DNA from: Podarcis gaigeae
Lineage: Eukaryota
DNA length: 64,000 nt
Direction: 5' to 3' (one strand)
NCBI GenBank assembly: GCA_964106915.2
Contig: OZ066925.1
How positions within the stretch are numbered: the stretch's first letter is position 1; each line of letters starts with the position of its first letter. Shown one piece after another: positions 1 through 11,612 of the stretch. The notes under the pieces are model-generated. The model was given only the letters and a program-made list of their open reading frames with translations, was not told the origin of the DNA and searched no databases. A program made the translations under genes and the position numbers.

Positions 1-87
1 ACTGCCTGATTATTGCTGATTATCTAATGAATTGTGGGTTTAATTGATGTGTTCCTGGTGCCCGAGATATAGGGCAGGTTAGGGGTT

Positions 88-493
88 GGGTTTTTTTTGT
101 AATTATATTTTATTAAGTATCAACATTTTTAACGTATACAATTTCGTCTTTTCTCTTATTTTATCGACTTCCCACCCCTTTTTTATGGAGTTGTTGTTCT
201 TCCTGTTCTGTTGCACCCTATCTTCTATCAAATCACAACCACAATATTATAATCTATTTACTTCTGTTGCTCATAGCTCAAATCCTGCTTGCGAGTTCAT
301 CATACTATATTTCTTTAGTCCAAAAAAGGCATCCATTCTTCTATAAAACACTCAGCATTAGTTTTGCTGTTAATTTTGCCAGTTCAGCATAGTCCATTAT
401 CTGATGTATCCCTTCTTCTTTGGTTGGAACAACTTCTTCCTTTCATTTCTGTGCCTATAGAATCCTAGCTGCTGCTGTTACATACAACTTTAA

Positions 494-542
<49 letters not shown>

Positions 543-565
543 TTCTGTCCCTATAATCCCTAACA
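88..565 (-). mobile_element. Degenerate L1-like LINE 3' end (ORF2 C-terminus and 3'UTR)
   Basis: Minus frame reads TAARIL*AQK*KEEVVPTKEEGIHQIMDYAELAKLT, resembling the C-terminus of vertebrate L1 ORF2. It has in-frame stops and an A-rich tail near position 90. Confidence 0.65.
495..542. repeat. (ATT)16 microsatellite
   Basis: Perfect ATT array. Confidence 0.97.
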
Positions 566-2944
566 GGTTAGAACTATTTTAATTAACAAGTGAACTATGG
601 TACCCAAAATTCCTTTCGCAAACTAGGATTGCCAGGTTCTTGCCCAGCAACGGTGTACATGCTCCTAACCACCAATCAGGACTGCAGACACCATTTTCCC
701 ACAAGTCCCGAGGTCTGTGTTCGTCCGCTGCTTGTGATGGGACAGAGTAGTGAGAGTGCCCCTAGCATCATTAAACCCTGCCAATCACTAACTTGCCAGG
801 AATTCTATCTTTTTTAACTATTACCACACCTGAGCAGGACAGCATGTAACATGTAAAGGGCAACTTTGTGCCAACGAAGAAAGAATCGAAAGCTTGCACC
901 CATCTCAACTAACTGACGCCAAAATGCAGTGGTCCTTTGCTGCTGACCTCAGCGACGTTTCAGATCAATCTTGGTGCTGCTTCTCGCTTACCATCTCATA
1001 TAGTACAGCCAGCTCTCACTTGACAACATAAAAATTTCACTTCAAACAAGTCGCTCGACCTTTAGCAGGTGCTCTCCGGGAAAAGGTGCTACCGGGCAGA
1101 GTCAGCTGCTGGAATTCACATTTCGGAGCTGCTCTTCCCATTAGATGGGTGTATTGGATGATCAAAGCAAAACTTCGAGGTCACACCTCCATCTGCTGTG
1201 TCTCATAATAGGATTATTATTTGTGTTGTACCCATGAAATGGAAACCAAATAGCTCTTCAGCTTTCAGAGCAAGCATGCATAGGATCTGGCTGTTAGGTG
1301 TAATGTAGAAGCATTGTCGCCATCTGCAAAACTAGTGTACTCTGGTTTTCTTTATTATTATTATTTTAAAGAAAAATTGTATAGTTGGGGTGGGAAAAGA
1401 TTCTGAGGCACGTTAAAACTATGCCTACTCTATTTCAGAGCTGAGAATTGAATTACCCTCATGGAGCGAGATAAGATGCCGAGAAAGCAGAAGGGCTACA
1501 GGTTCAGCGCAGCCCTGTTAATTTGCTTGGCTCAGTGGCTGGGGCCTGTTAAGCCCTTGATAACACAAATGGAATGTGTGTTGTATAACCCCGGACAGCT
1601 GGAAGGAGAAAAAGGCCAGTCACAAATTAAATTAAGAGGTGTAAAATGCCGTGAGAAGAAAAACAAATTGAGATGGCGAAAACAGGTGCCAACTGACATT
1701 TATTCCATATTCAGTCACACTTTCTTTTCTCACTGTGTGATTAGCAGCTAAGCTGAATTAGGGCAGATTTCATGCTTCCGTGACCTCTATGAGCACCCGT
1801 AAAGAAAAGGGAAAAACACCTGCAGGTAGATGTTTTTCCAAAGAGCTAAAACAGTAAAATCCCCAACTACTGTTGAACTGGCTTGGTGAAATGCTACCCG
1901 GAGTGTAAGGGCAACACTGCGTTCACATGGAGAGATTCAGTCACTGGCTTAAAACACTTACATACTTTAGTAGGAGTTCTTAAAAGATCATTTCTGGTGT
2001 GCACAGAATATAGAGAACTATTTTCTTCTTTCACTTGCTCTTAAATTACTTCAAGAGAATTATGAGCTCTCAGAAATGGTTTATTTAGGTTCATTGCTGA
2101 TATGGAGTGTCCAGGTTAACACTGGATGGTACAGAGAGGAAGCTGATTCTCATATTCAGAAAAGAAGCACAAAGTTTTTCATAAAATTAAGTTTAATTGT
2201 CATGCTGTATAAGATAGGGAACTCCGGATCACTCATATTCACCAGCTTGTATTCATAATAATTTCTTAATGATCACTGATCTCTCACATATGCTCCAATG
2301 TACTGTAATCTAAACACATAGGATAACCATCCTCAAAGTAGGTGCACTGATTTCAGCAAGTCTGCTCTAAGTATAAGTAAAGTTGGATGTCATCCATACT
2401 TGTCCCGTCCCCCCCAGTGAATTTACTTCTTTCTCAGGACCAATTTCACTAGATACCTGGGTAAGAAAAGAGCTACAATAAACATTTTTCAAGGGGACAA
2501 ACAAGTGACGTTTTAGAAACTTGGTACTGTGGAGTTGGTAGGATTAATGTGAAACAGCTGGAATTTTTTTACATATAAAGTAGAACAATAGTTCTTGCAT
2601 GCAGGTCCAGCTGTTGTGAAAATAAAACCTAAGGGGGGAAACCCCTATCGGAAATTGTTGCACTAAAGATACACAATACTTTGCGGAAGGTCTGCTATTA
2701 TGTATAGCTAATGTGGTTGCATTGCGGGTGCACTGAAGTTTGAAGTTCATTAAGTTTTCTTACGATACATTTCTTCTAAATCAATTGCTATTACACTTAT
2801 ACTTCATTCAGTCCAATAACTTTTTTCTTTAATCTCCTTTGTTTTGTTCTCCTAAACATGAGATCACCATTGCAAAGATCTCACCGCAGCAAATCTGCTA
2901 TTTCACATGGGCTATAGTCAAATTAAGCAAATAAGACAAATTCA

Positions 2945-5900
2945 AAGTTTTCTTGTTAATACTTTTATTAGTGTACTTTTCTGAACTTCTCTATTGGACA
3001 AACATAATGCAAACTCCAAATAAAAACTTAGAGTTCTTAGCCGTCAGAAAGAGAGACCATGGCATTCCAAATTTGTTTTCATTCTTCATTAAAGAAAAAG
3101 GGGGAGATATTGAAAGAACCATTAGGCACACAGTTGACACATACTGTACAATGATATGCACAAGTCATTTATTTAACAGCTATATTCAGATGTGCTCTTT
3201 AGATTTTGCTCCTTGCAATGTAAGAACCATGCTCATTCGAGCACAGAGAAATAGGGATTTACAAGGAGTGACAAACCAGACTTTTAAAACAAGTCCTTAG
3301 ATAAGCCAACACAGCAGCAATAACAGAATATACATTGTTGGTTAAGACAGTATACCTTTGATCTCAAAACCTTAAAAACTTTCTCTCTTTTTTTAAACAG
3401 TTATTCAAATACACATGCGTTACAGGAAAATATTGCACTAAATTAAAACTGAGGTTGTGGAATTCGTATTTTACTTTTAAAAATTATTACACATTCTGGT
3501 AGCATTTAAAATTAATTGTTTAGTCATAGCAAACACCAGAGGCAGAAGCTTGAGGGTGAACCATATGAAATATTCCACCTTACTGTTCATTCTCTCTCAA
3601 TTAAGGCTAAAATTAAGTGCATTTTGCTGGACAATGGCACATTTATTTTCAGAGGCTGGTCACAGCATTCTCAGACCAGGTCATACCTGGCTAAGTATTT
3701 GCTGCATTTACACAATCAATTCCGGGGCGCTTTTAAATAGCACAGGGGCTACAGTCGAGATAATGTGAATGGACAACAAGGGAACAATGCATAACTACTA
3801 ACCAGGAAGAGATATACAAATTGACTGCTCCTGTCTACAGGCACGCTCTGAAATTAAATATAGATGGAAAAAACCCTTTGCAATAATTGCATTCAAAGAA
3901 ACAACACACCTTTGTTTCATTCACACATTTTCTGGATATGTAATCAATTTTAAAATTCAACAATTGAACATAATTCTGAAGCCTAATGTAGATGGCCCAG
4001 GGGTAAGAGATACCATATACCATATTGATTGTTATTCATTTCCACTTTGAAGTGTTGAAAATTAGACGCGAGTCATATATTATTTTCCTATTCTCCAGTG
4101 TTTCACATGGATTATAGCATTCTACTGTTTTAGAAGTCAAACGGGGCAGGAATAAAGGTCATTAAGAGCTGGCATAGGCCTAAGTTTTCACTGAGTAGTA
4201 TACCTGTGAAGATCATTCAACTTCAAATTGCAGGTGATGCCTGTACACTGAAAACTAACTTTACAGGGAAAGATCAGCAAGCTTATTTCGTCCCAACATG
4301 ACGGGTTTCTGTTACCTGCAGAGCTCTTTTTTTAAATTAATCGTGCAATCCTCACTTGCAATTTAAAGTAAGAGCATCCAGACAGTTCTAATATCTCAAT
4401 TAGAATTAGGCCACAGACTGAGGAACAAATCTTAAGATATATTTTTTAAGTATGTGTATATATGAGAGAGATTCATGTCAATTGCCACCTATATTTAAAA
4501 GCATTGAGCAGGCTACAGAAAGAATACTTCATACATGTTATCTTAAGCTGTTCTGATTCTGGTAAAAGGGAATCACACGTATAGTATGGATCTATAGAGA
4601 TGGGGAAGAACAATTGCACTTGAAGACATGCATACTGTAATGAAGATGTAAAAATCTTTTTTTTTTTTTTTTACAGCTTTGCCATTACTGAGTAGGCTTC
4701 ACAGCAAGAATGGAATCCAAATAAGGATAGTAGGTAGGGGAAGGGCTGTAGACTTCCTTGTTCATGCCTTAAAAACACATGTATTTCTTGGATACCCTCC
4801 CAATGAATATTTCTTTTTCTCTTTTGAAGTTAAAGCCATTTTCTCTTGATTTTTTTCCCTACATGGGAGGACCTGTTTTGCAAGATCCTTAGGTAATGCA
4901 TTTACGCCCAAACCTGAAACACATTGTTTTTAAGTCAGCCCCGTTGAGTTAAATCAAATGTGTTTAGTATCAGAGCATTAAATGACTACTATTTGGGATA
5001 TTTTCTTGGGATCTTAAACAAACTATATAGTAAAATATTAAGGGGATTATACCTAATGCTTTGAAATTCCTTGATCATGGGAGGTGCTCATCAAGGAGAT
5101 TCGAGAAAAGGAGATTCCAAGATAAATTAAGGCTCAGCAAAAGTAGTAAATTATTACTTCATTCTCAATTAGACATTATGTCTGGAAGTAAAGAGGATAG
5201 ACAGGGGGCTTTTTGTGTAGAAGTAGTTTATTTATTAAAATTTTACATTATGCAAAAAATAAAAAAGATTGTTATTTAAAAAAATATTGTTGTTGTGTCT
5301 CTTATTTTCATATATACACTGTGGTGCATTCAGGAATTTGCAATTGTTTGCATATGACTGTTCAATGAAGTCCAGAAGACTTATGTCAGTAAGAAACCAA
5401 GTCATTTCAGCAATTTTCCTCTTAAGGTGAACACACTTAAATAAAGCTAAGGGTGACAATTAATGGCAAAAAGTAAAAACATTCTGATAATTTCTTAATG
5501 TTGAGAACGCTGTATTTTAATTTGCTTCTGTTTCCTAGCCCCCAAAACTCCTAATAAATAAATAAATGTGATAATCCCCTTTTTTAAACATCTGTCCTTC
5601 CCTTCACTAAGTGCTATTATGAGCCTTTCTTCTTTAAAAATTATATGCAGAATACAATAACTGTTATTGAAGAACAAAACAAGACCACTAAGCAGGCTAA
5701 TTCAAACCAAGATGTTTTTCTTTATGTGTACCCATCCTGACTAAGTAATAAAACCAACAAATATAATTTACTTAGTTATTTATTATTATCATTCTGGAAA
5801 GTGAAGCTAACACGGCTTTCGCACATATTACTTCAACCTTTAGTTAGCAAATGTAGTTTGGGAAAATCATAAAATTTCTCAGAACCATCTGTTCAAAAGA

Positions 5901-6401
5901 CTTCTTTCATGCTAGCTCAACCACTTCAGAGCCACTCAGCGAGACCTACAAGGCCTCAACAGTCATAATGCAAATCAAATTGCACCTGATTTTCACATTG
6001 CACAATCTCCCAGTTCCGAGCAAAGCAGCCAAGTCCTCCATTACTATCACCACAGTTGTGCTTTACTTATCACTCAACTGACACAGTCTAGCACTTTTCA
6101 TTGCTGGCAATCATAGATTCCGTCAAGAGTGGAAGGAACAGACATTCTTACAGAGCGGGCTAATATTCTTCTCAATGTTGCATGAAGATGCACCAAATCA
6201 TTTAGACACATGAACCCAGTTCATGGTAGTGGTTGCATAAGAGAAGGAGGATGAGAGGAACGATTATCTCTTATGGATGCATTAATAATCTAATATGTGA
6301 CACTAAAAGACCGGTGCAGAAATAACAGCATGAGAGTTTTAAGCCCCAGAGAACCTGCCCAAGTCCTGGGCAAATGGACACCAACATAAAAATCTGGAGT
6401 G
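2945..6401 (-). other. SNX13: SNX13 3'UTR (~3.4 kb, distal end inferred)
   Basis: AU-rich stretch with few repeats downstream of the stop, ending at an AATAAA that is followed by a U/GU-rich element. Confidence 0.65.
2964..2969 (-). terminator. Putative distal polyadenylation signal AATAAA
   Basis: Minus strand reads AATAAAAGTATTAACAAGAAAACTTTGAATTTGTCTTATTTGCTT. Other AATAAA hexamers lie at 3168-3173, 5231-5236 and 5779-5784. Confidence 0.6.
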
Positions 6402-6649
6402 TCACCTTTTCTGTAAAGAAGGCGCTTGTGTAGATTGCAGTCTCTGCTTATATCGCTGCATCTGCTTTGAGGGTGAATGCAGTTTTTTGAAGAGTTCAGG
6501 GAATTCATTTGCTGGAAATAAAGTTTCCAAGAAGCCCTCCAGAAAGACGTACACCATCCTCTTATTCAGCTGAGTATGCTGAAACATTTCAAAGACTCTG
6601 AGAATGCCTTTCCTTGTTGTCTCAGCACCTAGGATATGCTTCAATTCAT
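6402..6649 (-). CDS. SNX13: SNX13 terminal coding exon 26 (248 nt coding, TGA stop)
   Basis: tag|ATGAAT...AAAAGGTGA; DELKHILGAETTRKGILRVFEMFQHTQLNKRMVYVFLEGFLETLFP...STQAPSLQKR*. Confidence 0.96.
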
Positions 6650-6921
6650 CTAGACAAATCACAAAATGATGTGACAGTTCAGTAACAATTCAATCTTCAT
6701 GTTTATTTGCTGTAAAAGTACAAATTCTTAAAATGTTCAAGAAAATAACTATCATTCCCTAAATAGCCCTCGCACTAAATGCAAGGTTGCAAACTTCCTT
6801 AGAGAAATAGTTTCTCAACACTGTTCACATGAAGGCAAACAAGACTCTGCTTCTTTAAAACCTATATGACACATACAAGGACATTTTCCACTTCGGATCA
6901 AGGAGAAATAATTTCACACAC

Positions 6922-7034
6922 CTGGCATCATCCCCAGTAATTTTGTTTTTCCAGCAATTCTCGTTCGCATTCTAATGGCATTGTCTCTGCGGGGAACAGT
7001 CTCAGCTAAAATGCCATTGGGCCAAAAGGCATCT
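6922..7034 (-). CDS. SNX13: SNX13 exon 25 (113 nt)
   Basis: cag|AGATGC...CCAG|gtgtgt; DAFWPNGILAETVPRRDNAIRMRTRIAGKTKLLGMMP. Confidence 0.95.
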
Positions 7035-8022
7035 CTGCAAGCAGACAAGTTTACAGGTTAAAATAAAAACCAGGTTATAGTTCTCCTCTGAAAACTCAAA
7101 ACACATCTTGCACATGCAAATGTTAGGTACTATATTAAGACCTCAATATTAAAGTGGCTTCTCTAGATTAGCTGATGTTTCTTCACATCCTGGTTATACA
7201 ACAGGGATGATAAACCTGGATCATTGACCACACTGGCTGTGGCTAATGAGAACTGGAGTCCAAGAACATTTAGAGAGCCACACTAGCCTGGTTGTGCATG
7301 ACTGATCACAGCCAGTGATAGTTAGCCTAGACAAATGACTGAAGCCCGCCAATACTCACCAGCCCCAGCCAGCAAATCCAATCCACAGGGATGATAGGAA
7401 CTATGGTTCAACAACATCTGGAAGGCAATAGCTTAGCCACTGTTGCTGTAGACTTTTCAGGTGCTTACTAGCCTGACCAGAGCAGAATTAATTAGGAGGA
7501 ATAGCACTATGCTGGATGTGACATGCAAAGACAGCTATAGCTATCTCAACATATCAAGATATTAAAAGCCACTAGTGCAAAGGAGAGGAATGTAGAAAAC
7601 TCCTAATGATGTCAGTTTAAACTTTCTATGGGAAAGAGAAGTTAAACTAACTGCTACAAAACAAAGCTGGAAAACATACAGGATATAGGTATTATTCACT
7701 GTATAATGTTGCCTTGATTCCCCCTGTAAGCAGGAAGGCTGATAGTAAGATTGCACATTAATTAGGCAGATTTTTATTTTTTTTGGTTGGGTCAAAGAAT
7801 GTACATCTATTTTTCAAGTAACTTTACATATTTTCAAAGGAGGCTTTCTACAGAGACCGGCTATCTAGAAAAGGTTAATCATCTCTTTAAACCTAGCAGA
7901 GAAAGTGGTTCTCGTGAAAAGTAAGATTAGTTGTCAGCTAACATTGTATAGATGTGAACAACAGTAAATATAGGCAAGAAACATAAATTTCTTTGGGTAC
8001 AGCATGTGTTAAAAGGACATAC

Positions 8023-8091
8023 CTGAAACGTTTAACTGCATCTGCTACTTGTTCAGGAGATGTCATCCAATCAACATGATCTACTATTTTT
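8023..8091 (-). CDS. SNX13: SNX13 exon 24 (69 nt)
   Basis: cag|AAAAAT...TTCAG|gtatgt; KIVDHVDWMTSPEQVADAVKRF. Confidence 0.95.
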
Positions 8092-9248
8092 CTGAAATTA
8101 AGATGGGCATATTGCTTTAATATATTGTATTCTTTTAAACTGAATGCAAGAAATAAAAGGGACAAATCTCATGTCCAACATTCATTGATACAGCAGCACC
8201 TGAAAGGGTTGGTAAGACCTGTATCTCTGCAACACTTACAGCTGCCAAATACATTTGTGGGGCTGTAAGGAAAGGAGAGCACACAATTTCTCTAAACAAA
8301 TTTGCTGCTGTTTTAAATGCTTCTATATCTTCATGCAAAGGTGCCTACAGCAAGCTGAGCTTTAAGGGGCAGACTCCAGAACCTTCATTTCCCCCCCTAC
8401 GTATTTCAGAAAAGTAATTATATTTAACATATTACTATCCAAAGAAAAGCTGGATCGTTGCAAAGGAAACAGTACCAATTGCAACCTCACAGGAATAGTC
8501 CTAAGGGACTGCTAAGGCTGTTTTGCATGACACGGTAAGCCAAACTTAGTAAGATTTGTTTTTGGCTACAGCTCATGGTTGGTGAGGAGAGAGCTTAGCC
8601 ATGACTTCTGGTCTGGATGACACGCTAAGCCAATCTATAGCTTAATCTACCACAGGACAGCAATAAAAAGGTCAATGCAGAAGCACAATGACTGCAAGTT
8701 CCTCTCTGACAGATAGCCTGCACTAAGACATAGTTTCACTTACAGTGTCATGCAACCAAGGCTGCGACTATCTCAATGCCAAATATTAAGCTTCACAGCT
8801 GAGCAGGAAATTGATCCAAGGTGTTCACCACATAAATGCAATATTCAATCCATTACCCTACCCTAAGATACATGAGGGTAGGGTGGGAAAGGAATTGTAA
8901 TTTTAATAAGTAAATATTGGTAATCTCCCACAAAGGGACACTGGACGCAGGTGATATGCTCAAAAGCTGACCATGACTACCTGGGTTCAGTATGCCATCA
9001 TGCAGAAGCACCCTTCAGATGAGTCTAGTGGATCTGTTTTATAAGATAGCTGGATAAGGAAACAAGACAGACAGCAAAAACTGTCTGAAGGAGGAGGAGG
9101 AGTGAGGGAACCATTTATTGCGCCCCAACAAAAATTAAATCACATCACATTTTGCCTCCAAAATGAGTGCTTAAAAGACAAAAGTTTTTCATGTGTACTT
9201 TACAGAATAAACAGGTTTTTTAATAATTATAAAGAAGGAAGACAGTAC

Positions 9249-9394
9249 TTATTTATTGTATATCCATGCATTGCTCTAATAAGCTGCTGAAGCAAGTTTT
9301 TGATATTTCGTCGTAGCCATTGATTTCTCTCCTTTAGATCAAAGATTTCATCCATGAGTAGCAGCATTATTTTAAGAGGAACATTGTCCTCCAC
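9249..9394 (-). CDS. SNX13: SNX13 exon 23 (146 nt), C-terminal nexin domain
   Basis: tag|GTGGAG...AATAA|gtactg; VEDNVPLKIMLLLMDEIFDLKERNQWLRRNIKNLLQQLIRAMHGYTIN. Confidence 0.93.
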
Positions 9395-11088
9395 CTATAA
9401 AATGGGGTGAAAAAGTTATTACTTTTTGACAAGTGAATGAATCTTCCTCATTCAGTAATGCATATCAGAACTCTGAAGAGCTTGCTTTGTTCAAAAGTAT
9501 GAAACTATTGGAACATTTCAGCTCAAGCAAATACACAAGGTTGGATCTAACGCAGTCCTTCTTCAAATGAAAGGAGTCCTGCTACGAAAATGGTTTGATC
9601 CAGCAGATGCTGCCACAAACACAAAGGGACAATTTTCATGGAATCTCCCTGCACAATCTCCTGCACTGTTCTTGAGGGTTCTCAAATCCAATGCAGCAGA
9701 TTTTGGGAAAACAAGAGATCTCAGGATCCCATTGTAACCAATTCATGTTATAATTACATTAAACACAAAAGCAATCTGGTATCTACATACTACAGATTCT
9801 ACCCCCATAGATACCCTAGCATTTAACTTTTTGTGACATATCTTTCAAGGTTAATATCAATACTTGGAAAAGGACCTAGAGAGAGACTGGACGCCATCAC
9901 AGAAGACAAAGTAATGAAATAATGTGTTTATATCTGTCAGTCCTCATCAATAATTTGTCAACAAAGTATGCAAATTTAGCTCATAGGGCTTCATTTCAGA
10001 TTCCTGTTTTTGAAATTTATAGCCTAGAAACATTAAATCATATTTAGCAACACCTTTTTCTATGAAGGACAAACAGAAGATATCAAAATCTAAAGGAAAA
10101 TGATGCTCTATGAACTACTGGCCCCTTGGAATTTTTGACTTTTTTTCAATGAACAGCATGTTACAAACTGAATTTGCATTATCAGTTTCAGAAATCTTTT
10201 GCCGCTCAGCATGGGAGGTTGTTGTTTGAAGAGAAACAAGTCAGAAGCACTCCTGTGTGTGTGTAATCAGCTGAATGGCCCTTGGGATGCTGCACAGTGT
10301 CTTGGTAGCTCTTAATTTCAAACAAAACTTTGTGGATCACCGATACACCCACTGTGTATCTGAATATTACAAGCTGACTAACACATTCTTCTGTGACATG
10401 AAAACACTGAAAGATGCAAACTCAACCATATTTAGCATTTTGGAAAAAAATATTTTGCTTGTACATGCTATATGTAGAATCTTCACACTTCATTACTAGC
10501 ATGATGCACCATAAATCGAAATCAGTAACAGCAACGAAAGAGAACTGAATATAAGCTCTTTCTGTGATGATCAGAACAATGAAAACATAAAACATGTAAT
10601 GCTCCTAAAGAAGGGGGGGATTTGCTAAAATCATAGCAGCAGACACTATTCAGATATACAGACTGGAATGCTTTGATGTGGCAAGAAAAAGATGTGAAGT
10701 GTAGAACAGGTGCAGATTTATGACCATGACAAATCTGCATTTAATCAGTGGTAATCTTATGGTCCTTCTGTCCTCATTAAAGATAAAAGATTTTTTTGAA
10801 CTGATCTTCACATATTTAATCAGTGTTTCAACCAAATCTAGTTTATGAGAACATCAGGAACCTAACCTTTTAATCTTCACCTTCATATTCTTACATACAC
10901 TCACTTTGGAGCACTTAATAAGAAAGTTAACTACATCTATGACCAAAGAAGTTGTTTAATGTTTTGAGGTCATGGACCTATAACAAACTCTTCTGAAAAT
11001 GCAGCAAAGGAAGCTATCCATTTTTATATATATATAGAACTGACACAGAATTTGTTGATCATTTGAATATTGTAGGAGTAGGAGAAAA

Positions 11089-11091
11089 ACA

Positions 11092-11120
<29 letters not shown>
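11089..11120. repeat. (ACAT)8 microsatellite
   Basis: Perfect tetranucleotide array. Confidence 0.95.
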
Positions 11121-11122
<2 letters not shown>

Positions 11123-11540
11123 GTAACACGTTTTATAATGAAGTTTTATCGGGATCCAAAGAACTATTCAAGTAGCTTTGCATTCCTAATGGGATTCAGG
11201 GTCACATTCCTTTAACAGGAATCCCCCACGTGATACGGCAACCAGGCTTCAAAACTGAGATTCGCTATACATTTTAAATAAGGCGTGAAGGTTGCTGTCA
11301 AAGGGTGGTGGGAATCCCATGAAGCATGCTACCTTTCAACTTGCCTATAGCTGTTCTTGGGACCTCAACTAGAGGACTTTACATATTTAGGCACCACTGA
11401 TTCACAGTAATACCATGGGTAAACTCTAGTGTGCACACATGCACATATGTGTGTATCAATCATGCACATATAGACACACATGTATACATTTCATTTATAA
11501 GCAAAAGTGAGGTTAGTTTAAAAGCAACTATCAAACTCAC

Positions 11541-11612
11541 ATTGTCTTCAACTTGTGCTGCAACACGGCAGTGCTTAGGATCAACGTATGTCTTCTGCAT
11601 TAAAGGAGGATC
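11541..11612 (-). CDS. SNX13: SNX13 exon 22 (72 nt)
   Basis: tag|GATCCT...GACAAT|gtgagt; DPPLMQKTYVDPKHCRVAAQVEDN. Confidence 0.92.

Noticed and set aside
86-3768. Short plus-strand ORFs as a downstream gene
   Set aside because: No recognisable homology or splice structure; they overlap an L1 remnant, intergenic DNA and the antisense of the SNX13 3'UTR.
6396-6404. Stop-codon readthrough at TGA-C
   Set aside because: The context is TGA CAC, not the TGA CTAG readthrough motif, and there is no other support.
8008-8022. U12-type donor for intron 24 (GTATGTCCTTTT)
   Set aside because: It does not match RTATCCTTT at +1 to +9 and fits an ordinary U2 GTATGT donor.
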